Below, piece after piece: positions 31,212 to 41,221 of a stretch of DNA of 64,000 bases. The stretch is from a virus (lineage: Duplodnaviria > Caudoviricetes). Each line of letters opens with the position of its first letter. Positions within the stretch are counted from its first letter, which is position 1. A program made the translations under genes and the position numbers. Under the pieces are notes generated by a model. It worked only from the letters and a program-made list of their open reading frames with translations. It made no database searches and was not told the origin of the DNA. The stretch lies in the IMG/VR virus record IMGVR_UViG_3300042940_001591; one strand, 5' to 3'.

Positions 31212-32387
31212 TTATTTTATTTTACTCATCAAATCCTTCATTCTCTTGAATTGTGGATTCTCATATGCTTTAGCTTCTGATAATACTTCTTGAGATGTTG
31301 ATGTTGATGGAGTGTTTGAGATTTTTTCAACTACTGATTCGGTAACTGTTATTTTTGTACCTAATTCAGTTTTTATTGTATTGAATAGATTTTTAGCCTC
31401 ATTCATAGTAGAAACTGAATCAAATCTCTTTAATATATTCAATTTCTCCTGTTTTGTTGTAGAATGTTCTGTGAATAAACGAGTGGCATAAGCTAAGTTC
31501 GCATTGAAAACAGCAACTTCATTAAGTTTTTCTTTAAAAAGGATTAACGCCTTCTTATACTCAGAATTTTGCTTTTTTAAGTTTTCAACTTCTTCATTCA
31601 TTTCGTGACGACCAGCTTTGTATTTTTTACCCTGAGGTGCTCTAACGTCAGCTCCATATGTTCTTGCAGCTTCGCCAAACTCTCCTTCTTTAGATTCTTC
31701 TTCCTCTTCAGAAACCTCAATTTCTTCAGAATCTTCGTCTTCTTCATCTAACTCAATTTCGTACATAATTTCTTCGTCCATTTCAGGTTCCATTGCTGGA
31801 GCTTCCATTTCTGATTCATCATCACCATCAAGTTTGATAATATAGTCGTCATCACCTGTAGACATTTCGACATTGTTACCGTCTTTTTTAACTACAATAC
31901 CATCTTCTGGTTTCATAGCCTTAAAAACTTTTAGTACTTCATCATCTGAAGCACCTGTCATGTCCATTACATCTTCATCATCTGCAGAAAAATCATCCAT
32001 AGATGCTTCTTCGTCTTCTGATTCTGAATCTGTAGGTAATTCATCATCACCCATTTCTGAGTCTAATGAGTCGATACCTTTCATAGGATCTTCGTTATCG
32101 AGGTCTGTTGCGTCATTTTCAGCATCATCAGCTTCAGCATCATCTGCTGTTGCTTCATCGTCTGACATATCATCTGCCTCTTCGTCAGGATTAACTTCGT
32201 CCTCAGGTTGCTCAGCGGCAATCATAGGGTTTTCAGTTTCTTCCTCTTCTTCCAATGATTCTTTAAGCAAGTCATTCAGTTCTTGTTTCATAGTTGAAGC
32301 AAGTATACCCTTTGCATTTTGCTTTACGGCTTCTTCAAGTGTTTGTACTTGAAGTAACGCTTGTTCTAAAATTGATTTTTCAGTCAT
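31212..32387 (-). CDS. Prohead core scaffolding protein (gp22-like)
   Basis: Acidic low-complexity centre, coiled-coil C-terminus, between protease and capsid genes. Confidence 0.8.
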   Translation of the reverse strand: MTEKSILEQALLQVQTLEEAVKQNAKGILASTMKQELNDLLKESLEEEEETENPMIAAEQPEDEVNPDEEADDMSDDEATADDAEADDAENDATDLDNEDPMKGIDSLDSEMGDDELPTDSESEDEEASMDDFSADDEDVMDMTGASDDEVLKVFKAMKPEDGIVVKKDGNNVEMSTGDDDYIIKLDGDDESEMEAPAMEPEMDEEIMYEIELDEEDEDSEEIEVSEEEEESKEGEFGEAARTYGADVRAPQGKKYKAGRHEMNEEVENLKKQNSEYKKALILFKEKLNEVAVFNANLAYATRLFTEHSTTKQEKLNILKRFDSVSTMNEAKNLFNTIKTELGTKITVTESVVEKISNTPSTSTSQEVLSEAKAYENPQFKRMKDLMSKIK

Positions 32388-32472
32388 TGTGAAATTTTGT
32401 TTTATTATCTTATAAATAGTACGTTTTTATGAAAAATTCTCTTTTTCGATATAACTACCCCTATAAAATTTA

Positions 32473-33156
32473 TTATTTAGATAAAAAAGTATCTAAATTT
32501 CCCATTAATTTTTTCATTCTATCCTCAACTTGGGGTTTTTTCTCTTCAGACTCTTGATATTGGTCTCTTTCAGATTGGTCCGCAAAAACATACGCACCTG
32601 GAGTTGATGGTGATGATACTAAATCAAAACACACTAACTCGAAGTCCTCCTGAACAATATTTTGTCCTTTTACATTTTTAAGTGAACCAACACCACGAGA
32701 AGATATACCTAAAGTTGCTCCGTTCATAATTAACATTGCAGCTTGGTCTCCTCTAGTAGATACAATACCCATCTTTCTCCAACCTGGAGAAGTGAATAAT
32801 TTAATTTTACCCATTAGGATTTTACCGTCCCACCATGTTTCAAGAATTGAATGGGATACTCTATCTAAGTCGATAAGTGAAGATGAGGGATGGTTTAATT
32901 CATTAAGTGCTCCACCCTTTTTGATAAGTGATTGATATTTCTCGTTTTCTCTCTTAAGTAACATCTCAGGATAAATCCTTCCATTCTTATTTGCAGTGTC
33001 GTATTTTTGCAAAACGGCATAAAGGATAAGGTCTTGTGAAAAGTCCATATCCTTCGCCTCTTTAATAATTTGTTTGTTATCCTCTGGTGAAACGTGACCA
33101 GCATCGTACTCTATTAAAATTCCGTGCCCCGTCTCTTTTGGTCCTAATATCTTCAT
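32473..33156 (-). CDS. Prohead protease (T4 gp21-like)
   Basis: NKNGRIYP, ELNHP, VSH, LGISSRGVGS, FDLVSSPS. Confidence 0.93.
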   Translation of the reverse strand: MKILGPKETGHGILIEYDAGHVSPEDNKQIIKEAKDMDFSQDLILYAVLQKYDTANKNGRIYPEMLLKRENEKYQSLIKKGGALNELNHPSSSLIDLDRVSHSILETWWDGKILMGKIKLFTSPGWRKMGIVSTRGDQAAMLIMNGATLGISSRGVGSLKNVKGQNIVQEDFELVCFDLVSSPSTPGAYVFADQSERDQYQESEEKKPQVEDRMKKLMGNLDTFLSK

Positions 33157-33194
33157 TTATAGATTTTATTACTATAAATACATCAAGAACCAAG

Positions 33195-33620
33195 TTATTT
33201 CTTGCTTTTGTGAAAATTGAACAGTTTTTTATCAATTAAACCGTCATTAACAACATCTACCAATAAATTTTTAATTGTATTTTTAATTTCTTTTGATTTA
33301 ACATCAAATTGTTTCTCAACATATAAAGTTATTTCGAGGTTCATGAATGACCTTTTTTCTAACTTAATACCTTTTGTTCTTATATCTAAATCAACAATAC
33401 ATTGGTCTTTAAAATTTGAATCTTTAAGATTGTATATTGATTCTTTTATTTTTCTTCTTGTCTTTGAAATGGTTTGATTATAATCTTCAGTATCATTTTC
33501 TGGTTGTACCCATGCATTCAATTTCAAATAAACGGTTTTAAGATTTTTAAAATCTACGGTACCATAACCGATTTTTACATTGTTGTAAGTCCCTAATGGG
33601 ATATACTTACCTGTTTTCAT
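33195..33620 (-). CDS. Hypothetical protein
   Basis: ATG ORF divergent from bS21. Confidence 0.7.
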   Translation of the reverse strand: MKTGKYIPLGTYNNVKIGYGTVDFKNLKTVYLKLNAWVQPENDTEDYNQTISKTRRKIKESIYNLKDSNFKDQCIVDLDIRTKGIKLEKRSFMNLEITLYVEKQFDVKSKEIKNTIKNLLVDVVNDGLIDKKLFNFHKSKK

Positions 33621-33701
33621 TAATTTCTCATTATTATATATTATTTTATGGTGTTATCTAAAAAATAAGAAAAAAAACTTACAAAACCAAAAATAATTTT
33701 A

Positions 33702-33709
33702 TATATTTG
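33702..33709 (+). promoter_or_regulatory. Bacteroidota -7 promoter element for bS21
   Basis: TATATTTG 18 nt upstream of the ATG at 33728. Confidence 0.6.
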
Positions 33710-33727
33710 TAGTATACTTATTATATT

Positions 33728-33919
33728 ATGATTATTATCGATTTAACAAAAGAAAAAAGTATTGAAAGTGCACTTAGAACCTATAAACAAAAGGTTCAAA
33801 AAACTAAGCAAATTCAAAAATTGAGGGAAAGACAACAATTTGAAAAACCTTCAGTTACTAGAAGAAAAGAAGTTTTAAAAGCTGTGTATGTTCAACAAAT
33901 AAAAAATGGTCTTAGTTAA
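33728..33919 (+). CDS. rpsU: Ribosomal protein bS21
   Basis: SIESALRTYKQKV..LRERQQFEKPSVTRRKEVLKAVY: bS21 signature (ALR.FK..; R....YEKPS..RR), Bacteroidota-like. Confidence 0.92.
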   Translation: MIIIDLTKEKSIESALRTYKQKVQKTKQIQKLRERQQFEKPSVTRRKEVLKAVYVQQIKNGLS

Positions 33920-34658
33920 GACCATTTTTTAATTCTGTTAATCTGTAGTAGTTGTACTTAGATGTTGTCATTTGACTAACTTCATCTTTTACTTTATTTA
34001 GTTTAGTGGTTAAATCAGAGTCGTTTGATTCACTTAAAAGTGTAGATACCTGATTAATAATTGATTCTTGTAATTCATTACTTTTAGTTACTAAATCATC
34101 ATAAGAAATTGATAAGATATTTTTTAATTCTTCTTTTTGTGATTCTGATAATGTGTTAGAATATAATACGTTAAAATTGTTTGCTAATACCGCTTGTAGT
34201 AATGTTTCGTTAGGAACAATAGTTGAATCTTTAGATTCTTTGATTTCCTTTTTAGTTGTTAAATGTTCTACTAATTTCTTTTTTGCAATAACTTTCTTTT
34301 CAATATTTGATAATGAATCTTTTTCTGATAACATATCTAAAGATTCGTATAATTCTTTGGTTTCGATTTCAATCTCACCCAACTTAGTATTTAAAGATTC
34401 ACAAAACATATTTAAACTACTCCAATTACCTATTGGTTGACCAAAATATGTATTTAATCCTTCAACATATAACTTCGCAGTTTCTTTATCTTCAATGTAT
34501 TTGTTTTCAATTTCTTCATAAAACAAATACATTTCTTTAAAGTCTTTGTTTTCTTTGATTGTGTTTAATAAATCTTTAACTTCTTTCTTATTCTCTTTAG
34601 CGTAAGATTCAGTTAATTTCGTCAACATTTTGGTTTTTATAACCCCGAATTTGTTCAT
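33912..34658 (-). CDS. Hypothetical helical head-assembly protein
   Basis: Directly downstream of portal; many L/I-x-E-S sites. Confidence 0.7.
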   Translation of the reverse strand: MNKFGVIKTKMLTKLTESYAKENKKEVKDLLNTIKENKDFKEMYLFYEEIENKYIEDKETAKLYVEGLNTYFGQPIGNWSSLNMFCESLNTKLGEIEIETKELYESLDMLSEKDSLSNIEKKVIAKKKLVEHLTTKKEIKESKDSTIVPNETLLQAVLANNFNVLYSNTLSESQKEELKNILSISYDDLVTKSNELQESIINQVSTLLSESNDSDLTTKLNKVKDEVSQMTTSKYNYYRLTELKNGLN

Positions 34659-34660
34659 TT

Positions 34661-36496
34661 TTAATCGTTTATAATATCGTTCAATTTATTTTCTATTTCA
34701 TAAATATTCTGTTGAGCTCTTTCCATATCAAATAAAACATTTTTTCCTTCTTTTTCTTCTCCCAACATACTTAATATCTTTGATTTTTTAGATTTAGTAA
34801 AAGATTCACTCAATGGAGCTTCTCCCTCACCTCCCGATGGAGGGGTTGCGGGTGCTCCACCCATATCCATTGCTCCTGCACCAGCAGTATCACCACCCAT
34901 TGCACCTGCAGCTTCTAATTTTTGTCTTTCTTCTTCAGAAATACCATACTTAGAATCCACGTCGTCAAATACGCCAGAACGTTTAATTATGTTTTGTGTA
35001 TTTGTCAATTCAAATCCCATTGCTCTTTCAAGTCTTTGTTGTTGTAAATCTAAAATAACCTCTGAGTCACTCATACCAAGAATATTCTTTTTAGCCCACG
35101 TGTGAGATACTGGTAAAATACCGACTTGTGATTGGTCAGATGTTGCGTCTTTATAAAGTGTAATCTTTTCTTTCCACTGTTCTATTTTTAATAAATCAGA
35201 TTGTGCTGAAGGATTAGTTAACGATAAAGAAAAATTATCTAACTCATCTTCTAAACCTAAAAGATATAAATGTACTAATGCAATTTTATTTAATTCTTGA
35301 ATAATAGATTTTTGAATTCTATTAATCGTTCTCGCAAAACGAATATCCATTAATGCTAAACTCTTACCTTCACCAACAACTTCTTCAAATCCTAAGAATG
35401 CCTTTGGAATACGTAACGCCGCTAATAACTTCTTTTGAATATATTCGATATCTGCAATTTCACCTAAATTTTGAGCCCCCGGCAATGTTTCAATTGGATT
35501 GCTTTGTGCTGGATCACGAACAGGAATGAAATAATCTTGGTCTACCGCCATTTGATTATATCTCATATCTACATTACCATTACGTGGATCTGAAACTTGG
35601 TCTCTTTTAAATTTATTAGCAACACGTTGTACATAAGGTTCAATATCCTTATCATCCATGTTACCAACGAATACTTTGAATACACGTCTTTCAGGTGCTC
35701 TTGATGTTCTGTAAATTAACATTGCATCTTCCGCAAGAAGTAATTGTTTCCAAATTCTTCTAATCTTGTCTAACATAGAAGTTCCATAAGGAAGTTTTCT
35801 ATCATCACCTAATAATCTAAAGTGTGCAATCTCCCATGCTTGAAATTCTAAATCTTTATTCTTCCAAGTAAATCTTAACTCTCTTGTTGGAACTTTAATA
35901 TCAGTATATGAGTTCGGTGTTTTAGATGCCGCACCCTCAATTCTTTCAATTTCAATATTTGGTAACTGTTGACAACCAACAACTCCCTTCTCAGGGTCTA
36001 TTTTTAAATAAACAAAATCGTCACCATACTTACAAAGACCTCTTGTCCACATTTGTAAGTTAGTGTTAACATCTAATTTGTTATTAAATAAATCATCTAA
36101 TATATTTTTAACTCTATCTGAATCTGAAAATATTGTTAATATTTGTCCTTTCTCAGACATTGTTGTTGATTCTTCAGCATAAATGTCTAACGCCGCAGAT
36201 ATTTCGGGAGTAAACTCCATAGATTCATAATCGTAATATGCTGATAACCTATTTGGTTCGTAATAAACAGATTGATTGTAAAGTGATTGGTCTAATTTAG
36301 TCCACTTATCTGCAATGTATTGACTCTGTTGAGCTTGTAACATTGCCTTTTCATATTCTTCTCTACTATCCGTTTTTAATATTTCATCTTTGTTGAAATT
36401 AAACGAAGGTGGTGCAACATTTTTTTGTTTTGCTTGATTTGGGTAACCAAACACCTTTGTTAATCTCTGAAAGACGGTAAGATTCTGTTCTGCCAT
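34661..36496 (-). CDS. Portal protein (T4 gp20-like)
   Basis: YESMEFTPEISAALDIYAEE, PYGTSML, EDAMLIYRTSRAPERRVF, DYFIP, IETLPGAQNL. Confidence 0.95.
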   Translation of the reverse strand: MAEQNLTVFQRLTKVFGYPNQAKQKNVAPPSFNFNKDEILKTDSREEYEKAMLQAQQSQYIADKWTKLDQSLYNQSVYYEPNRLSAYYDYESMEFTPEISAALDIYAEESTTMSEKGQILTIFSDSDRVKNILDDLFNNKLDVNTNLQMWTRGLCKYGDDFVYLKIDPEKGVVGCQQLPNIEIERIEGAASKTPNSYTDIKVPTRELRFTWKNKDLEFQAWEIAHFRLLGDDRKLPYGTSMLDKIRRIWKQLLLAEDAMLIYRTSRAPERRVFKVFVGNMDDKDIEPYVQRVANKFKRDQVSDPRNGNVDMRYNQMAVDQDYFIPVRDPAQSNPIETLPGAQNLGEIADIEYIQKKLLAALRIPKAFLGFEEVVGEGKSLALMDIRFARTINRIQKSIIQELNKIALVHLYLLGLEDELDNFSLSLTNPSAQSDLLKIEQWKEKITLYKDATSDQSQVGILPVSHTWAKKNILGMSDSEVILDLQQQRLERAMGFELTNTQNIIKRSGVFDDVDSKYGISEEERQKLEAAGAMGGDTAGAGAMDMGGAPATPPSGGEGEAPLSESFTKSKKSKILSMLGEEKEGKNVLFDMERAQQNIYEIENKLNDIIND

Positions 36497-36549
36497 GTAT
36501 ATAAATACTTTTCTTTACAATATAAACTAAATTATTGATAAATGGAATC

Positions 36550-38325
36550 TTATTTTGATTTACCAAATAACCACATATGTTCTCTATATGCGTCCTTTGA
36601 TACATTCATATTATTATTTGGGTGATATAAATTTTGATTATCAATCCCCATAGAACCAATTTGGTCAAATGCAGTACCGTAAGAATAAAACGATTTATTG
36701 GGTTCATACGATCTTTCTGACATCGTCCAAGACTCCAACATTGCTTTATTTGCGTTTTCGTTCTTTTGTAATTGATTGAAACACATATCGGCAGCATATA
36801 ACGCCATTGACATACTCATAATTGCATCATCGTGAGCACCTTTCATGTGGTCGGGTCTACCATTTATATAAACAAACGTATTAAGTTCATTTAATAACCT
36901 ACTTGACCTAACTAAAAACCCCTTTCTTAATTGTTCCTCGAAAGCAGCAACTATTTGAGTTCTTTTATTGTTAAAATTTATACCGGGGATTTTATCCATG
37001 GCCTTTTTATTCCACTCCCATATATTTTGAGTGTTTATCCCATCGATGTATAGATTTTTATATTGCATCTCTTGTAACTTCCTAGACGTTGCAACACCCA
37101 TACCCCCTGTAATATCAATAACAATATATGCCTCATACAAAACACCCCATTTATATGCAACTGCAGCCAAATCATCAGGAGGTATTTTTCCAATGTATTC
37201 TGCAACCTGTTCCCTTTCATCAAAGTCGATAATATTAATTGAGGAGAAGTCTTCACTATCACCTCTACTAACATCTACACCCATAATGTAACGATGTCCC
37301 TGAACAGGTTCCTTCCAATGCCAAAATGTACCCTGCATATATTTTTCTTTAGGTACACGTATCATATTCTTAGCAATGTTCTCTTGAATATCACCCGGAA
37401 TAACACCATCACCCGAACCTAAGAAATCGCATTCCAATTCCTGAGCAATCTTACGTCTATCATATTTAAATTTCTTAGACATTGATTCAAACCAAGAAGA
37501 GAACGGTTTATATCCTTGTTCAATATATTCATTATAATTCTCTGGATTAAAATCCTTCATTACAACTTCATCATCATTATATTGTTCTCTATTCAACATG
37601 TAATGACAAATGTCTTGACACTTAACCCAATGTAAATCTTTGGTATAACGAGGGTCTTTAAACCACCTTAAATCTGTTATATGGAAATCATTGATTCCAC
37701 GTAATGCTTGGTCATAAACACCGTAATAGATAGGGTCATAACCATTTGGGGTTGAGATAAGAATAATCTTACCACCCGTTGATAGGGACGCCATAGATGC
37801 CGCCCAAAAATCCTCACCCGCTTCAATATAAGCCGCCTCATCAAATACAAGTATAGTTGGTGTATAACCACGTAAGGCATCTGCAGATGTTGCTACCGCC
37901 TTAACCTCACACCCATTGTTTAATCTAAATCTACTTTCTGAGTTCTTATCGGGTGAGAACCCAACATTAATCCATTCAGGCCATTGCTCAATAAAATTTC
38001 TAACTTTATTGGCCATTTCCACCGCAGTGTCACGTTTGTTTGCAATAAGAAGAACCCTTTCTGGTTCATTTTCCTTTGCGGTTTGTAATTTCTTAGAAAT
38101 CCAAGCGGCAGTTACCGTAGTAACACCAGCCTGTCTATATTTTCTAGTTATGTTTTCATTATAATTTTCATAATCCTGAATTAATTGAATTTGGTCAGGA
38201 AACAACTCTAATGGAACATATTTTTTTTGAGTATTGTCATAGGTTTGCAAATATGTTTTTAACGCATATGGTGCATCCTTTATAATTTTCGCATACTCCT
38301 TTAGTTGTTCTATTTTGGAATTCAT
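36550..38325 (-). CDS. Terminase large subunit (T4 gp17-like)
   Basis: KYRQAGVTT (Walker A), ILVFDEAA (Walker B), ISTPNG, GVDVSRG and HDDAIMS nuclease motifs. Confidence 0.95.
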   Translation of the reverse strand: MNSKIEQLKEYAKIIKDAPYALKTYLQTYDNTQKKYVPLELFPDQIQLIQDYENYNENITRKYRQAGVTTVTAAWISKKLQTAKENEPERVLLIANKRDTAVEMANKVRNFIEQWPEWINVGFSPDKNSESRFRLNNGCEVKAVATSADALRGYTPTILVFDEAAYIEAGEDFWAASMASLSTGGKIILISTPNGYDPIYYGVYDQALRGINDFHITDLRWFKDPRYTKDLHWVKCQDICHYMLNREQYNDDEVVMKDFNPENYNEYIEQGYKPFSSWFESMSKKFKYDRRKIAQELECDFLGSGDGVIPGDIQENIAKNMIRVPKEKYMQGTFWHWKEPVQGHRYIMGVDVSRGDSEDFSSINIIDFDEREQVAEYIGKIPPDDLAAVAYKWGVLYEAYIVIDITGGMGVATSRKLQEMQYKNLYIDGINTQNIWEWNKKAMDKIPGINFNNKRTQIVAAFEEQLRKGFLVRSSRLLNELNTFVYINGRPDHMKGAHDDAIMSMSMALYAADMCFNQLQKNENANKAMLESWTMSERSYEPNKSFYSYGTAFDQIGSMGIDNQNLYHPNNNMNVSKDAYREHMWLFGKSK

Positions 38326-38365
38326 ATATATAAATACAAAAAAAGGGAGTTAAACTCCCTTTCTA

Positions 38366-39865
38366 TTAATCTTTAGGTCTGTCTAACCCCAATTCTTTAT
38401 AAATGTCAAAATCGTCATCATCGTCATCGTCATCGTCATTTGATAACGAAATACCTGGTATACCTAATATAAAATCTTTTAAATCGTCCGGTTCAGTCTC
38501 GTCTGACATTGTTTCCAATTCGTCGTTAAATTGATTTAAAGATTCTTCATAATCTTGTTGGTTAAACATTTGTTGAATTGACGCCATTAAATCTGTCATT
38601 AAACGTTTTCCGTTTTCACTATTACTAACAACTTCTTTCATTAAAACTAAGAACTGTTTAGCTGGTAGTTGGAAGATGTGCATTAACATGTAATTCTGTA
38701 ATTGCTTACCATTTTCCAAAATTACCTCGTCTGGAAACTGTCCTCTAATTCTATCCCAAATTGCAGGTCCCAAAAGTAATGTCCACATTTCTTTTTCTAA
38801 TGTACTTTCTAACTTTTGAGCTTGTTGATACATTGCCCTATCTTGTGGATTTGTGTATTCTCCCGGTTGTCCGTGACTACCTAATATTTCAAAAACACCT
38901 TTTATTAATTCATGTATTAAAACTGGAAAATTAATTCCTCTCGCAATCACTTTAACTTTTTGTTCTTCTTGTTCTTCACCACCTTCTTCTCCCTCATCAC
39001 CGGTTTCACCTGTCTCATCATCACCAGGAAATTCCATTTTAACTTTACCAGCAACACTATCAGAAGCCCCTTTAATCATTGCAGGACTAAATTGCCAATA
39101 GTTTGCATCGTTAACCGACATCATCACTCCATAGTCATTATATAATTCATCAGAACCTGTAATTTCTCTAAGTTTCTCACCAACAAGTTGGTACATATAA
39201 TGACCTCTTTTTGACGCTCCTTGGATAATACTATTAATTAAAGTTAATTTCGCTCTCTCTAAATCTAATTGTTTTAAATCAATATATAATTCTTCTTCAA
39301 CTTCTTGATTTTCGGGATTAACTTGAGGTTGTTCTTGGTTATTTTCCTCATCGTCTTCCTCATCTTCAACATCAACTTCATCTGGATTTTGTTCAGGACC
39401 TTGTTCTCTATTGAAATCACTCGTATCGATTTGATTCATACCAACGATTTTTGCATCAAACTCAACCTCCTCACCAATACCCATTTCTTCTTTTACAATT
39501 TCAATTGCTAATTGTTCTAAAGCCTCTTTATGTGTATTTTCAAGTCTTATGATGTTGTTATGTGCAGTATACATCATTGTTAATAATGGACCCATTTCAG
39601 TACCGTTTAATGTACCTTGATAGTTTGTATATTGTCTAACATTATTTACAATTTGTCTATATCTTTCGGAAGCCAAAAGTTCTTGGAAATTTTGGTTAGG
39701 TTCGTTTCCTGTTTTAGGAAAAGGTATTTTTTTTAAGGGTGTATCTCCTGAAGCCAATTTAGATTGTAAATCGGGATTTGGTCTATCAGCAGTATCAAAA
39801 TCCATTGCCATCTCACTTAAATTTTCGTTAATTAAAGATAACAAAATTTTCTTAGATAATTTCAT
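38366..39865 (-). CDS. Acidic hypothetical protein, putative head-internal protein
   Basis: 499 aa; LINENLSE N-terminus; FPVLIHELIKG. Confidence 0.75.
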   Translation of the reverse strand: MKLSKKILLSLINENLSEMAMDFDTADRPNPDLQSKLASGDTPLKKIPFPKTGNEPNQNFQELLASERYRQIVNNVRQYTNYQGTLNGTEMGPLLTMMYTAHNNIIRLENTHKEALEQLAIEIVKEEMGIGEEVEFDAKIVGMNQIDTSDFNREQGPEQNPDEVDVEDEEDDEENNQEQPQVNPENQEVEEELYIDLKQLDLERAKLTLINSIIQGASKRGHYMYQLVGEKLREITGSDELYNDYGVMMSVNDANYWQFSPAMIKGASDSVAGKVKMEFPGDDETGETGDEGEEGGEEQEEQKVKVIARGINFPVLIHELIKGVFEILGSHGQPGEYTNPQDRAMYQQAQKLESTLEKEMWTLLLGPAIWDRIRGQFPDEVILENGKQLQNYMLMHIFQLPAKQFLVLMKEVVSNSENGKRLMTDLMASIQQMFNQQDYEESLNQFNDELETMSDETEPDDLKDFILGIPGISLSNDDDDDDDDDFDIYKELGLDRPKD

Positions 39866-39874
39866 ATTTGTAAA

Positions 39875-40822
39875 TTATTTTTTATCTCCCTTAGTTGTTG
39901 CTTTAGGGTTAGGATTAACTTTAGGTCCGGGTTGAAACGGAGTTTTAGGTTTATTTGGTTTAGTACCAGGATTAACCTTTGGTTTACTCGGTGCAATTTT
40001 AGGGTTGTTCTCATCCAACGATTTAGAATTTACTTTTGATTTTGGTTGGAATGGAGTTTTAGGTTTGTCAGGTAAGTAAGGGTTATCACGCTTAGGTTTA
40101 CTTGGAGTGATTTTAGAATCGTCCTCACTTAATGCTTTAGGATTAGGGTTTACCTTTGGTCCAGGTTGAAATGGTGTTTTAGGTTTGTTAGGTTTTGTAC
40201 CTGGATCAACTTTAGGTTTACTCGGTGCAATTTTTGGTCCATTACTCACAATTGCATCATATGTCATAAATTCTGGTAAACCATTGTGTCCAGTTTTAAC
40301 ATTTGGACCGTACTCATGTACTTCTGATTCGTTTAATTTAACATTGATTAATTCCATAATTTCATTTTTTGATGTAAAACTATGAAAACTTTCTTCCGCC
40401 AATGTATTAATCCATTTTTTTATTTCTTTAGATTCATCCATATGTGTATGGTCACATTTACAATCCTTTATAGATTCTCCACAACTATCACATTTCTTAC
40501 CCTCTTTAACTTCTTTTTTCTGACCTCTTAATATTTTAAAATCTTGACCATCAATTTTACCATTGTGGTTCTTATCTAATTTCTTTTGATTACCTTTTAA
40601 TTCTTCAGAAACTTCTCCTTCTTCACCAACAAGTTTAATGTCTTGTTTTTTTGCTAAATTTTGTAATGCGGCACTTTTAGATAATGCATCTGCGGTAGTT
40701 GTGATAGCTTCACCTATCATTCTTTCAGCTAAGTTGTTAAGTTGTTTATCAGTAAATTTTACTAATGTCTTTTCTGACATACCTTCTTTGATTAATTTAT
40801 CAACTAATTCTGACCTTTTCAT
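39875..40822 (-). CDS. Hypothetical protein with EF-hand-like motif, Cys knuckle and three Pro/Lys repeats
   Basis: DKNHNGKIDGQDF; CDSC..CKC; PKIAPSKPKV(D/N)PGTKPNKPKTPFQPGPKVNPNPKA x2 plus one degenerate copy. Confidence 0.75.
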   Translation of the reverse strand: MKRSELVDKLIKEGMSEKTLVKFTDKQLNNLAERMIGEAITTTADALSKSAALQNLAKKQDIKLVGEEGEVSEELKGNQKKLDKNHNGKIDGQDFKILRGQKKEVKEGKKCDSCGESIKDCKCDHTHMDESKEIKKWINTLAEESFHSFTSKNEIMELINVKLNESEVHEYGPNVKTGHNGLPEFMTYDAIVSNGPKIAPSKPKVDPGTKPNKPKTPFQPGPKVNPNPKALSEDDSKITPSKPKRDNPYLPDKPKTPFQPKSKVNSKSLDENNPKIAPSKPKVNPGTKPNKPKTPFQPGPKVNPNPKATTKGDKK

Positions 40823-41220
40823 ATTTCTTTGAATTTAATTTCCTCTTTTATAAGAAGATAACTTCTTATTTTTAATTTTTTTGTTACACTATCAATCGAC
40901 TCCCCAAATTTAAAGGTTAACCTTTCACTATCCGAATCCATATCAAATTTTTCCCAAGCCATCGCAACCACCCCATCTACAGCATCAATAACTCCGAAAT
41001 AATCGGAGTCTTGAACTAATTCTAATTGTAAGTCTGTATTTTTTAATAACCCAACTAAATCAACGTATTCCATTTCTGGAGATTTAGGTTGTGAGGATGC
41101 GGATGCTGGTATAATAAACCACTCATCCATGTCAATTTCAGTACTTTTACTAAAGATAAATTCGTACTGTTTTTGTCCTTTATAATCAGAACCTATTTCA
41201 TTAACATAGATAAGATGCAT
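40819..41220 (-). CDS. Hypothetical protein
   Basis: ATG ORF, ATGA overlap. Confidence 0.7.
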   Translation of the reverse strand: MHLIYVNEIGSDYKGQKQYEFIFSKSTEIDMDEWFIIPASASSQPKSPEMEYVDLVGLLKNTDLQLELVQDSDYFGVIDAVDGVVAMAWEKFDMDSDSERLTFKFGESIDSVTKKLKIRSYLLIKEEIKFKEI

Positions 41221-41221
41221 T

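Noticed and set aside
31873-32352. Ser-rich plus-strand ORF; similarly 41337-41660 and 49727-50332
   Set aside because: Reverse-frame shadows of Glu/Asp- or Lys/Glu-rich coding regions.
5801-38325. Inteins or introns in PolB, terminase, helicase or capsid
   Set aside because: Catalytic motifs lie in single continuous ORFs with ordinary spacing; no intein termini or homing-endonuclease motifs noticed.
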